Source: an uncultured Acidobacteriota bacterium (lineage in GTDB: Bacteria; Acidobacteriota; Vicinamibacteria; Marinacidobacterales; SMYC01). Taken from it: a stretch of 64,000 bases of DNA. The translations under genes and the position numbers were made by a program. The notes beneath the pieces were generated by a model. It was not told where the DNA came from, did not search any database, and saw only the letters and a program-made list of their open reading frames with translations. The DNA lies in NCBI GenBank assembly GCA_963820855.1, contig CAWGBY010000009.1, positions 764,756 through 828,755 of the forward strand, read 5' to 3'. Shown piece by piece: positions 29,531 through 38,949 of the stretch (positions are counted from its first letter, which is position 1; each line of letters begins with the position of its first letter).

Positions 29531-29830
29531 GTGATCCGATGTCCCTGCTGTAACGGCGAAGGTCGGATTGGCTACGGTGGCTTCGGCCCGCGCCCGAAGT
29601 CGACCCTCTGCTATCTCTGCGACGGAGCCGGTCAAGTCTCTGAAGCGGTCGTCGCGCGGGTCAAGCTTGGACGAGAGCTTTCCCGGGTGCGGGAGAACGC
29701 GGGAATCAGTCTGCGTGAGTTAGCGAAGAAAGCGCGCCTCAACCCGACGGTTCTGATCGACGTCGAGCATGGACGCGCTGAGGCGTCGGAACGGATTCGA
29801 GCGGTGTACGCGAGCTTCGGGAAGGGGTGA
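29531..29830 (+). CDS. XRE-family HTH regulator with N-terminal DnaJ-type CxxCxGxG zinc finger
   Basis: 99 aa. MIRCPCCNGEGRIGYGGFGPRPKSTLCYLCDGAG contains two CxxCxGxG-like motifs. It is followed by an HTH_3-like segment (LGRELSRVRENAGISLRELAKKARLNPTVLIDVEHGR). Confidence 0.65.
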   Translation: MIRCPCCNGEGRIGYGGFGPRPKSTLCYLCDGAGQVSEAVVARVKLGRELSRVRENAGISLRELAKKARLNPTVLIDVEHGRAEASERIRAVYASFGKG

Positions 29831-29864
29831 GCGCGGGCGGAGCGCTCGATCGTCCTCTTTGGCA

Positions 29865-30284
29865 CTATCGCTCGAGCCAGTAAACAGCTCGAGGAAGGTT
29901 CCGCTCGTCGACACCGTCGACGCGGTCGGCTGCGTCCCACACGAAGATTGCGTTACGCCGCCCGCCAGAATGGTCGGCGATATTCGCTACTTCCACGAGC
30001 TCGCAGTCTGGATGGCGACGCCACGCTTCTTTCTCCGTCAAGGCCTCGTAGGACCCGTCGGGGTCTAGCGCGACGCGTGCTCTGAAGGCGAGTCGGGTTT
30101 TGCCCGTCGTTTGGATGCTCGTCACGACTCCGGGAGTCCGCAGCTCGAGGAAGGGCTTGTCGGTCCAGGCGGTTCCTTGGTCAATCTGGACCACCCATCC
30201 GGGCCGAAGCGTGACGGGGAGCTCGGGCCCCCTCGGGATCCGAAGCTCCCGCCAGGGTCCATAGAGGTACTTGTTGGGCCACAC
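29865..30284 (-). CDS. hypothetical protein
   Basis: 139-aa ORF convergent with the XRE gene. No family recognised, the start codon (GTG) lacks an obvious RBS, and the N-terminus may be affected by a frame break (alternative ATG at 30316). Confidence 0.4.
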   Translation of the reverse strand: MWPNKYLYGPWRELRIPRGPELPVTLRPGWVVQIDQGTAWTDKPFLELRTPGVVTSIQTTGKTRLAFRARVALDPDGSYEALTEKEAWRRHPDCELVEVANIADHSGGRRNAIFVWDAADRVDGVDERNLPRAVYWLER

Positions 30285-30434
30285 GTATTCCAGGGACGGC
30301 AGTGCGAGGTCCCCATAGGAGGAACCCTACCGGGCGATTGTTACTGCACGACTTACGCCGGATGAATCTTTTGTTGGTAACGTGCTCCGTGCTCCATCTC
30401 AAGCTGAGAGAGGCCACGACGCTGATCTGCGGCT

Positions 30435-31305
30435 TCAGTAGACGTCCAGATCGCGGCCGACGACGACATGTCCCGGATAGCGCGACATTTCGCTCAGCAA
30501 CGCCGCGGGCGTCGACCGCTCGGCGTCGACGGCAGGTCGCAGGGACAAGGAGGCGTGGTAGAGAATCAGCAGGCGTGGCTTCGCCTGCGTGGCCAGCTCG
30601 GTGAGCTGCGCCGTCGTGGTGTGGAATTGCGCGGCATAGCCCTGGAAATCGCGGCGCTTGGCGAGCCACTCCAGCGTCAGCACTTCGTGAATCAACACGT
30701 CACAGCCACGGCAGGCGTCGATCGTCGCCTGCGTCGGGTTGGTGTCGCCTGAGATGACAATGCTGCGGTCGGGCGTGTCGAATCGGTAGCCGTAGCTCTC
30801 CATCGCATGTTTCGTCGGGAACGCCGTGACGGTGACGTTGGCATCCTTGTAGACGACGCCCGCGCGGATTTCGTGCGCGTTCACCGCGTGGCCCTCGGGA
30901 AACGCGCCGACCGTATACAAGCCGCGGTCCTTCGTCCGCGTCTCGAAGTCGGCGCTGTACGCTTCGAGGAGATGCTCAGTCATCGCCTTGATTCCGGCCG
31001 GACCGTACACCTCCAGGGGGACGCGCCGTCCGAGCACCCACGGCGTGAGAATCAGATCCGGGTATCCAACCGTGTGGTCGGAATGAAGATGGGTCACGAA
31101 GACGACCCGCAGGTTGACCGGTTCCAGCGCGGCGATTCCTCGGTCGACGACAGCGGACTTCGCACGCCGCACGACGCCGGCTCCGAAGTCCACGAGGTAC
31201 GGCGTGCCATTCGCGACGACGGCTGGCGGTCCTGACCGATCAGGGTCGGCGAGAGGAACGATCGAACCGAAAGACAACCGCACTACGCGGACTAGCTCTG
31301 CTCAT
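30435..31305 (-). CDS. MBL-fold metallo-hydrolase (frame break just after the start)
   Basis: THLHSDHTVGYPDL is the HxHxDH motif, with later GDT and ILYH motifs. An ATG at 31305 follows GAGGAGG, and MSRASPRSAVV lies in a frame that joins ORF 30435..31283 after one shift. Confidence 0.8.
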
Positions 31306-31449
31306 ATCGACCTCCTCGATTGTAAGGAATGGTGCGTGGTGCGTCTCCGCGAGTGAGCGTTCGAGGCGCGGATGCTCCCTCATCGACTGTCGGGGTTTCG
31401 TTTCCACGTCGCTCGAGTCTTGGCGACGTATACCTGCGGGAGGAATCCG

Positions 31450-32407
31450 ATGAGACTGCACCGCGCGATGAACTCCGTGGTGGTTGCGGCGGTTCTTCTG
31501 GCGTGCGTCGGGCCCGTCGTCGCCGGGCAGAACTACAAGGGATTCGAAAGAGGCGGGGCCCTGATAGCGGCCGAGGAGCTGAAGAGGCTCATCGACGCCA
31601 AGGACTCCAAGCTCGTCGTCCTCGCGGTATTGGAGCCGGTGTCCTACTTGGCGGGCCATATTCCCGGATCCATCAACGTCTGGCGTCCCGACTATGAGCT
31701 AAAAGTCGGTCAGCCATACCCGTTCGACGGCATGCTGCTGGAGGGCGAGGCGTTCCAGGACTTCGCCCGCGGCCTGGGCATCGACAACGACTCGAAGGTC
31801 GTCGTCTATGACGAGAAGTACGACGCGATGCGCGTTTGGCGTTTGGTGGGCCTTCTACCTGTACGGCAAGACCGACGTGCGAGTCTTGGACGGTGGTTAC
31901 GCGGCGTGGAAGACCGCCGGTCATTCTGGGGACATGTCGTTGACTCGTGGGAGTGCAGAGCGGAGGGGTGACTTCGTCGCCAAACCACGCCGCTCCGGCT
32001 GGGTCGCGCAGATGGCGGACGTCTGGCGGGCGCAGACCTCCAAAGACGTCCAGGTGTGGGACAACCGGGAACCGGCGGAATGGTCGGGAGTGGAGAAGAA
32101 AGGCAACGCGCGGCGAGCGGGCCGAATCCCATGGGCCGTGTTCCAGAGCTGGAAGGAGTACCGTCTGGAGGTCGATGGAAATCCCGCCGGCTTCAAACCA
32201 GCGGTGGAGATTCAGCAGGTGATCGACAAGTTCCAGATGGACCGCGGCAAGGAACAAATCTTCTACTGTCACTCGGGCGTCCGAAGCACGACGCCCGTCT
32301 TCGTGCTGTACCTGATGGGCTGGGACGTCGACCGCCTGCACAACTACGACGGCTCGTGGCTCGAATGGAGCTATCACGAGCAGAATCCGATTGCGACCGG
32401 GCAATGA
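31450..32407 (+). CDS. two-domain rhodanese-type sulfurtransferase (thiosulfate/3-mercaptopyruvate sulfurtransferase-like), one frame break
   Basis: ATG 31450 follows GGGAGGA, then a signal-like N-terminus (MRLHRAMNSVVVAAVLLACVGPVVA). The first rhodanese domain is in ORF 31372..31971 and the second in ORF 31808..32407, with the active-site loop CHSGVRS. Confidence 0.85.
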
Positions 32408-32517
32408 CGTCGGGAGGAACGGGCTCAGGCAAGCGCCTTCTCGGAAGGCTTGAGCGGGCAGTCCTCGCTCTGGGTGACGACGACGGGACGTCCGCCCGGG
32501 TCCGGGTCCTCAGTCTT

Positions 32518-33054
32518 TCAGTCAGTGCGACGCGGTCCGCCGACGCTCATAGCGGATGGTTCCGTCGGCCCCTTCGGCACCCGCCCGTACGATCCCGTCT
32601 TCCTGAGCACACCGATCGAGGGCTGTAGCGTGGGAAACGTCTTCGCGGTCACCACAAGGATTTGGGGATCCTCAAAGGCGCGCGCCAATAGCGATTCGAC
32701 CGCCTCGGTGGCGTAACCGAAACGCTGGTACTCGGCAGCAATCGCATACCCAATCTCTACCTCTCCCTCTGCCGTGGGTGGCGCGGTGTACCCAGCCACT
32801 CCGACGAGGGCCGGCTGCTGATCTGAGCCGACCGCGCGTAGCAGCACGTAGTGGAGGAGCCACTCGCCAGCGCCATCATCCGCCTCAAGCTGCCGCCGAA
32901 TCCGCGCAACATCGTCGGGTTCGAATACAGGTGGCGGCCAGGAAGCTGGGACTTCCGCATCCAAGCAGGCCGCGACGGCGTCCCGACCTCTCGCTTCTGC
33001 CTCGGAGAGTTCCACGGTCGCTGGTACGAGATCCAGCCGCCTAGCGCGCATCAC
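32518..33054 (-). CDS. GNAT-family N-acetyltransferase
   Basis: 178-aa intact ORF. The pattern LVGVAGY......GEVEIGYAIAAEYQRFGYATEAV..L is typical of RimJ/RimL-like GNATs. Confidence 0.85.
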   Translation of the reverse strand: MMRARRLDLVPATVELSEAEARGRDAVAACLDAEVPASWPPPVFEPDDVARIRRQLEADDGAGEWLLHYVLLRAVGSDQQPALVGVAGYTAPPTAEGEVEIGYAIAAEYQRFGYATEAVESLLARAFEDPQILVVTAKTFPTLQPSIGVLRKTGSYGRVPKGPTEPSAMSVGGPRRTD

Positions 33055-33094
33055 GCTCGAAGTCCGCTCCTTTTTCCGTGCTGCCGAATAGCGA

Positions 33095-34810
33095 TCATGT
33101 AGAAGCGAGTTTTGGTGAAGAAGCGTAAACGCCCGCGGATCTCCTGACGACCATCACGGTGGTGTCGTCGGCGTGCTTTTCGCTCGACGCCTGGCGCTCG
33201 GCCTCGTCCAAGATCGCGTCCATCATCTCGCGCGCCGTCGCGCCCGCACAGGTCTCCATCACCCGTTCCACGCCGTCTAAGCCCAGGGCACGGTCGAGCT
33301 CTTCTCCGGCTTCGGTGACGCCATCCGAGATGACTGAGAGCACGTCACCTGGTTCCATGATCAGGTGACCGGTATCGAAGCTCGCAGACGGCATAAGCCC
33401 CACCGGGGGGCCGCCGATCGTGAGTCGTTCGAAACGGCCCGAAACTGCTCGACGGAGAAGAGGTGGCACGTGGCCCGCGTTGACGTAACGCATCTCGCCG
33501 GTCGCGGGATCCAGATCGGCTAGGAAGAGCGTGGCATAGAGATACGAGGGAGAGTTCTGCAGCAGCATCAGGTCGGCGTGGGCGGCAATGTCGCGTACGT
33601 CAGGGGAGCTCTTGGCGGTGGCATGGACCGAAGCACGCAGCAGGACCATCATCATCGCGGCTGGAAGGCCGTGTCCTGCCACGTCTCCCAGTGCCAGGAT
33701 CATTCGTCCCGGAGGATCGGGTATGAAATCGAAATAGTCGCCACCGACTTCGTAGCAAGGCTGGCTGCAAGCGGCAAGGTCCCAGCCCGGGAGGCTCGGT
33801 GGCTGATGCGGCAATATGTCGGAGACGATGAGCCGGGCTCGCTCGGCCTCGCCATCCAAGCGCTTCTTGTCGATCAGCTTCTCCTCGATCTCCGCGTTGG
33901 TGAGACTCATGGCGATCATGTTGGCGAGTGACGTCAGAAACGTCAGGTCATCGAGGTCGAACTGATTTCCCCGACTCAAGTTGTCGACGTACAACACTCC
34001 GATGACAGCCTTCCGGTTCCAGAGGGGAGCGCAGGCCGCAGAGCGAACTCCCAGGTCGGAGACGGAGTCGATGCCAAAGAGCCGGGGTTCGTGCAGCGCG
34101 TCGGGAATGAGAATCGACACCCGCTCCTCGATTGCCCTCGCGGCAATGGAGCGGCTGAACTCGCGACCCTTCAAAGGGTCCCTGACGTGGTCCCGGATGA
34201 GGCGCGCCCTGGTCTCGAGACCATCACCTCGAACGAGAGCGATGAAGCCCCGCTCGGCCTCGACGGTGTCGAACACCAGGCGCAGGGAGAAATCGAGCAC
34301 TTCCTGCACGGAATACCTTCCGACGAGCGCCCGGCTGGCCCGATTCAGTGCCTGGAGGATCCGGTGGTGTCGGAGAAGCCCCTCCGGACCTCGGTCGGCG
34401 TCCAATCGGATTGCCTCTTCGATTTCATCCCAGCTGCTCTGAGGTCCAGTGGCCGATGACAGAAGGAGCTCGGGTGGAACCGCCATCGATTCCGTGGGGC
34501 TTTTGAGCCCCTGGATTCCGGACAGGTAGACGATCTCCGTGTCTCCCATGTGGACCACATCCCCATGGCGCAGGCAGGTTTCGCCGGTGATTCGCTCGTG
34601 ATTCACCTTGGTGCCATTCTGACTGTGGTCCTCGATGTAGTGAAGCCCTTCTCTCTCAGAGATGTCGGCATGAAAGCGCGACAGCCATCGATCGTCGATC
34701 CGCACGTCGTTGGTGCGATGGCGCCCCAGGCGGGTCTGCTTCTTCTCGAGAACGAATTTCGTCGGCACCCCGGTGGGAGGTCGAACAAGAAGTCTGGGGA
34801 GTTCAGACAT
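33095..34810 (-). CDS. FHA - GAF - PP2C/SpoIIE-type serine phosphatase
   Basis: 571-aa intact ORF. It has an N-terminal FHA domain (TRLGRHRTNDVRIDDRWLSRFHADI...SQNGTKVN), a central GAF-like region and a C-terminal PPM/SpoIIE domain (GGDYFDF...ALGDVAGHGLPAAMMM...NAGH...SDGVTEA). Confidence 0.9.
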   Translation of the reverse strand: MSELPRLLVRPPTGVPTKFVLEKKQTRLGRHRTNDVRIDDRWLSRFHADISEREGLHYIEDHSQNGTKVNHERITGETCLRHGDVVHMGDTEIVYLSGIQGLKSPTESMAVPPELLLSSATGPQSSWDEIEEAIRLDADRGPEGLLRHHRILQALNRASRALVGRYSVQEVLDFSLRLVFDTVEAERGFIALVRGDGLETRARLIRDHVRDPLKGREFSRSIAARAIEERVSILIPDALHEPRLFGIDSVSDLGVRSAACAPLWNRKAVIGVLYVDNLSRGNQFDLDDLTFLTSLANMIAMSLTNAEIEEKLIDKKRLDGEAERARLIVSDILPHQPPSLPGWDLAACSQPCYEVGGDYFDFIPDPPGRMILALGDVAGHGLPAAMMMVLLRASVHATAKSSPDVRDIAAHADLMLLQNSPSYLYATLFLADLDPATGEMRYVNAGHVPPLLRRAVSGRFERLTIGGPPVGLMPSASFDTGHLIMEPGDVLSVISDGVTEAGEELDRALGLDGVERVMETCAGATAREMMDAILDEAERQASSEKHADDTTVMVVRRSAGVYASSPKLAST

Positions 34811-35007
34811 CGGGTTCCCGTTCCGCGATTCTACAATTTGCGAGTCTCATCCTCACTTGCGATCTGGACTTGTCTCCCAACCGACCTTCGAAGTAGAAGA
34901 AAGATTCTTCTCTTTTTCTGCGGGAGTCACCGGCTCGGTGGCCCAGGTAGGTTGCAAGCACGCTGGAGCGTCTGCGATTCGAACGGGACTGCCGCAGTGA
35001 ATCTATT

Positions 35008-35180
35008 GTGACAACCGGACGGAGTTCGTCAGTGCCGCCATGGACCTCTCAACGTGCACTGGTTCGGCACGCTCGAGGATGCACAGCAAAGATCGACGCG
35101 TTTCGATGGGACTACAATGAGAATCGGCATCGCGGTGAGGGTGGACCTCAATCTGGATTGCTGGTTCGGGAGGTCCGGAT
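35008..35180 (+). mobile_element. relic of an rve-type (IS3/IS481-like) transposase C-terminus
   Basis: Hand translation gives CDNRTEFVSAAMDL and then, with small frame slips, HWFGTLEDAQQ(K)IDAFRWDYNENR(P)H. This matches the conserved W..YN..RPH end of DDE/rve transposases. There is no intact ORF and no inverted repeats were identified. Confidence 0.55.
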
Positions 35181-35218
35181 AACGGGATTTTACTTCGATC
35201 ATCCGGCCAACGCCAGTT

Positions 35219-35644
35219 TCAGCAGAATTTGAACTTGGCCACAAGCTGTTGGAAATGCTCTGGAGCATTCACGAGCGGGAAGGTGCCCTGATTCTGACTG
35301 AGAACTGTAAGTGCGCGGATAATCTCACCAAGACCCATTGAGTCAACCCGCGTAAGGCCTTCAAGGTTGAGCACGATGTGGCGTTCGCCGCGAGCTACCA
35401 GCCGCTGGATCCAAACGCGCAGTTGCTCAGCGGGTACGGGACCCACGAGCGCATCCAACAGGTCAAGAACAATGACATGACCAATCTTTTTGCGCGCCAG
35501 GAAATCGTCGTCGATTGGACCGCAGAAGCAAGGATGCCGATATGCCTTGAAGTCCCCCCTCTGAAACTCGTCCGGGTCCAGCCTGCGTTCAACGATGCGC
35601 ATGGTGTGCTTGGCACTTTCGAGGTGGTCGAGAGTTCGAATCAC
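35219..35644 (-). CDS. STAS-domain protein (anti-sigma-factor antagonist-like)
   Basis: 141 aa. HIVLNLEGLTRVDSMGLGEIIRALTVL is a typical SpoIIAA/RsbV-type STAS segment. The N-terminus is uncertain: candidates are ATG at 35602, GTG at 35644, or ATG at 35708 in another frame behind a strong GGGGGGAGAAGG. Confidence 0.75.
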   Translation of the reverse strand: MIRTLDHLESAKHTMRIVERRLDPDEFQRGDFKAYRHPCFCGPIDDDFLARKKIGHVIVLDLLDALVGPVPAEQLRVWIQRLVARGERHIVLNLEGLTRVDSMGLGEIIRALTVLSQNQGTFPLVNAPEHFQQLVAKFKFC

Positions 35645-35670
35645 GGTACCACAGCCTGCTCAGATAGTGG

Positions 35671-35756
35671 ACCACTTCGAAATCGCTCTGGATGTACGTT
35701 CTCATCATCTACCTTCTCCCCCCCACCTACACACATCCGATTGGTTCAGAGGAGCC
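35671..35756. repeat. diverged third copy of the structured repeat found at 41.5-41.7 kb
   Basis: 35711-35744 (accttctcccccccacctacacacatccgattgg) aligns with 41645-41679 (accttttccctctctgctcacacactccggatggg) at roughly 27 of 35 positions by hand. Weaker similarity continues on both sides, for example cttcgaaatcg versus ctaagaattcg. Confidence 0.5.
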
Positions 35757-35802
35757 GGTCGACCGAGGCGAACGGTTCGAGTTGAGTAGAGCTTCGGGAT
35801 GG

Positions 35803-36471
35803 CTATGGCAGCGGAGAGGGATTACGGCGTTCGCTCCCTTGTTGGCCGCCGGCAGTTTGAGCGAGGCTTTGAAGAAGCTGCGTACTCGTCGCCTCGTGGA
35901 ATGAAAGTCGATGGTCGAGAAGGAGTGCGCGCGTGAGGTTCGCGCTCATGATGCTTCCTTCGGGGCCATGCGGGATTTCGGGGTCGATCACGTGGACGGT
36001 TTCATGGGCGAGGACGCGCGCCAGGGCGCGGGCCAGCGCGTGGGCTTTTCTTCCGTCGTGAAGCACCTTGCCATCGACTTCGAGGCCGATGGTGCGTTCC
36101 ACCACCGGAACGAAGATAAAGACGGTGCCGGCGCGCGCGTTTCTTCCAGGATCGCGCCCATCGCGTTGTTCGGTAGAGACCAGCCTTCGGCCGAGCGGGG
36201 CACGAGAACGATGCGAATGGAGCGGGAGTCGGTCCTTCCATGATTCTTCTGGAGCGCCAACGAAGAAGCTCAGCTCGATCCCAGCCTCGGCGAAGATCGT
36301 TTGGGCCTCTCGTTCGAGTGCTTGTCGAGCTCCCGCGGAGAGCTTGCTTTTGAGGAGCTTGTAGTCAGACCAAAAGAGCTCGATTCGGAGCTTTCCGGCC
36401 GGCGTCTCGGTCTGCGGGAGCCCCGGGTTGGCCCGGGGGAAGATGAGCAACGAGAGAGCCACCGCGACCAT
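35803..36471 (-). CDS. hypothetical secreted protein with HExxH motif (probable frame breaks)
   Basis: It has a signal-like N-terminus (MVAVALSLLIFPRANP) and the motif ALARVLAHETVHVIDPEIPHGPEG. The middle part reads better in ORF 35988..36260. No family recognised. Confidence 0.5.
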   Translation of the reverse strand: MVAVALSLLIFPRANPGLPQTETPAGKLRIELFWSDYKLLKSKLSAGARQALEREAQTIFAEAGIELSFFVGAPEESWKDRLPLHSHRSRAPLGRRLVSTEQRDGRDPGRNARAGTVFIFVPVVERTIGLEVDGKVLHDGRKAHALARALARVLAHETVHVIDPEIPHGPEGSIMSANLTRALLLDHRLSFHEATSTQLLQSLAQTAGGQQGSERRNPSPLP

Positions 36472-36596
36472 CGTCGCTCATGGACGCCTCCGTGATTCGG
36501 AGGCCAGGCTAGGGAGTGCCCTTCCAGGTGTGAATGAACGGAGGGTAAGCGAGAGGTAAGTTGAGGTGAAAAGCTAAAACGAAGAGTCAGCGACAG

Positions 36597-36626
36597 TTAC
36601 CTACCTTTGATCTTCGAGCATATAAT
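36597..36626 (+). promoter_or_regulatory. putative promoter of the wHTH-TolB regulator gene
   Basis: A perfect TATAAT at 36621-36626 lies in a locally AT-rich stretch, with TTACCT 18 nt upstream, 34 nt before the ATG at 36661. Confidence 0.35.
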
Positions 36627-36660
36627 TTCGTGACTTTCAGAATGCGGCCAGCGTGCCGTC

Positions 36661-38916
36661 ATGACGACCGACACTCAGGCGCAATACCTCTCTTTCGGAG
36701 ATTTCCGGCTCGATTGCCGTTCGGGGGAACTCCGGAAGAACGGGCGCGAGATCCGGCTTCAGCCTCAGCCGGCGAAGCTTCTTGTGCTTCTGGCAACTCG
36801 CCGGGCGAGAGTCGTCACACGCGGGGAGATCCAGAAGACGCTCTGGGGCGACGACACCTTCGTCGACTTCGAGCACGGCATCAACTTCTCCATCAAGCAA
36901 ATTCGAGAGGCCTTGGGCGACAGCGCCGAGAAGCCGCGCTACATCGAAACCGTGCCCCGAGTGGGCTATCGGTTCGTCGCGATCGCGGATGGCGTCGGGT
37001 CTGGGAGCGCGAGCCGCTCGGAGTGCCTCAATCGGGGCCTACCAGGCTCTCTTATCGGGGCTGGTGGAAAGCTCGTGTGGCGGCGATTGCCGCTACGGCT
37101 GCGCTCATCGCGATGGGCGCTATCGCGGTCTGGCTTCTTCGACCAACGGGCCCGCCGACCGAAATCCGCATGCCCCGCTTCCAGCTCTCTCTCCCCGCGG
37201 CGTTGCCATTCTCGCCGTGAGCGATGCGGTGACAGCGTTTGCGATTTCACGCGATGGAGACGATGTGGCCTTCGTCGGTTGCGGCGGACTAGCGTCACCG
37301 AGCATGTTCAGCGGCGTGGGATGCCTTCTTTATCTCCGCAACGGGTCTGAAATCGACGCGAGGCCCCTTCCGGGTACCGAGGGGGCAACGTGCCCCTTTT
37401 TTTCGCCGGACGGCCGCTTCATCGCTTTCTTCGCCGGCGGCAAGTTGAAGAAAATCGATCTCGATCGCGGAGTCATCGTCGTTCTGGCAGATGTCCCAGG
37501 TCTCCGCGGAGGAAGCTGGGGCGACGACGGAACCATCCTCTTCAGCTCGGGGGTGGGAGGACGCGGACTCTCCCGAGTATCGGCCAACGGGGGTGAAGTC
37601 GAAGAAGTGACGAGACCCGACCGAGATCGCGAGGAGTTTACTCACCGCTGGCCGCACATTCTTCACGCGGGGCGCGCGGCTCTCGTCGACGTGCACTACG
37701 GTAGGACGTTCCTACTCTGGGAGCCGCGGCTTCGACGTGGCGGTCTTGGATTTCGAGACTGGAACGAAGCGAATTCTCATCGAGAGCGCGGGCGGCCCCA
37801 AGTATCTGGATGGGCATGTTCTTTTCGGGCGAGACGGAATCCTCTACGGCGCTCCGCTGGACCTCGATTCGACTCGAGATGACTCGTGCGCCCGTACCGG
37901 TCCTCGAGGGTGTTGCGATGTGGAGCAGTCGCAGCGGCGAGACGAGCGGCTCCGGCAACGTGTACTACGACGTCTCGCGGCACGGAGACTTGCTGTTCTC
38001 GCCGCGCGAGACTCGGCTTCCCCGAAGGACGCTCGTCCTGGTGGGTCGGGACGGACGACGGGAGCCACTCTCGCGAGCGCTGCGTTCTTACAGTGACCTC
38101 TATTTCTCGCCCGACGGCCGGAGTATCGCCGTGTCGGTCGTAAACGACCTGGGCGTGCCGGGCACGTTCGTCGTCGACGTTGCTTCGGATGTCTGGACGC
38201 GGGTCGGGGACGTGGACCAGTACCTCGTGCCGATGGCGTGGATGCCGGACGGCAAGAGTCTTCTCCTGTACGATGCAAGGAATGGTCGTGACGATCGCAT
38301 TCTCGTCGCGCCCGTGGATGGCAGTGCACCTTCGGCGACCATCCGGGTCCGACTAATGTGGCTTCCGCCAAGCGTCGCCCCCGACGCAAGCGCCCTGCTC
38401 TTTGACCGGCAGACTGGGCCTCAACAGTGGGACATCTGGCGCCTCGCGCTCACGGGCGATCATAGCGCCGCGCCGTGGCTCTCGACACCGGGCGTCGAGA
38501 TGAGCCCGAGCTTCTCTCCTGACGGCAATTGGGTCGCCTACCGCTCGGACGATTCCGGGAGGCCTGAAGTCTACGTGCGACGATATTCTGGAACCGGAGG
38601 AAGGCACAGGGTTTCCACCGAGGAGGGCAGTTGGCCTCGCTGGTCGCGCGACGGGAGAGAGATCTTCTTTTCGAGCCAGGGAAGCCTTTGGTCCGCGGGG
38701 GTCCGCACAACGCCGGTATTCACCTCAGACCCGCCTCGGAAGCTCTTCGATTTGACCGACGATATCCTGAGCGATGCTGGATTCTACGATGCCTCCCCCG
38801 ATGGCAACCACTTCGTGATGGTCCAGAAGGAGCCCTTCGAGCAGCGTCCGCCCGACCTCGTCATCGTACCCGGATGGATCGAGGAGATGAGAGCGCGCCT
38901 CGCGGCGGCCAATTGA
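36661..38916 (+). CDS. OmpR/CadC-type winged-helix DNA-binding domain - TM - TolB-like beta-propeller protein (several frame breaks)
   Basis: The N-terminus (FGDFRLDCRSGELRKNGREIRLQPQPAKLLVLLATRRARVVTRGEIQKTLWGDDTFVDFEHGINFSIKQIREALGDSAEKPRYIETVPRVGYRF) is a Trans_reg_C domain. A TM helix (VAAIAATAALIAMGAIAVWLL) follows, then repeated FSPDGR/SPDGN propeller motifs spread over four frames, ending with ORF 37810..38916. Confidence 0.8.
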
Positions 38917-38949
38917 GCGACGGCGTTGCGGGCAAAACTTTGCTCAAGG

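Noticed and set aside
30435-32407. The MBL hydrolase and rhodanese, together with the SQR-like gene at 39384-40530, as a sulfide-oxidation (SQR-PDO-rhodanese) cluster.
   Set aside because: The MBL protein has the THLHSDH motif and general features of the RNase Z/arylsulfatase-like MBL group rather than the ETHE1/persulfide dioxygenase pattern I would expect. The SQR-like gene is 7 kb away across unrelated genes. The association is not supported.
34941-34990. A tRNA-like 3' end (tggagcgtctgcgattcgaacggg) just before the transposase relic, considered as a possible att site or tRNA fragment.
   Set aside because: The flanks of the GATTCGAAC segment cannot form a T-stem, and the sequence does not match the tRNA-fMet 3' end. 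The similarity is limited to a common T-loop-like heptamer.
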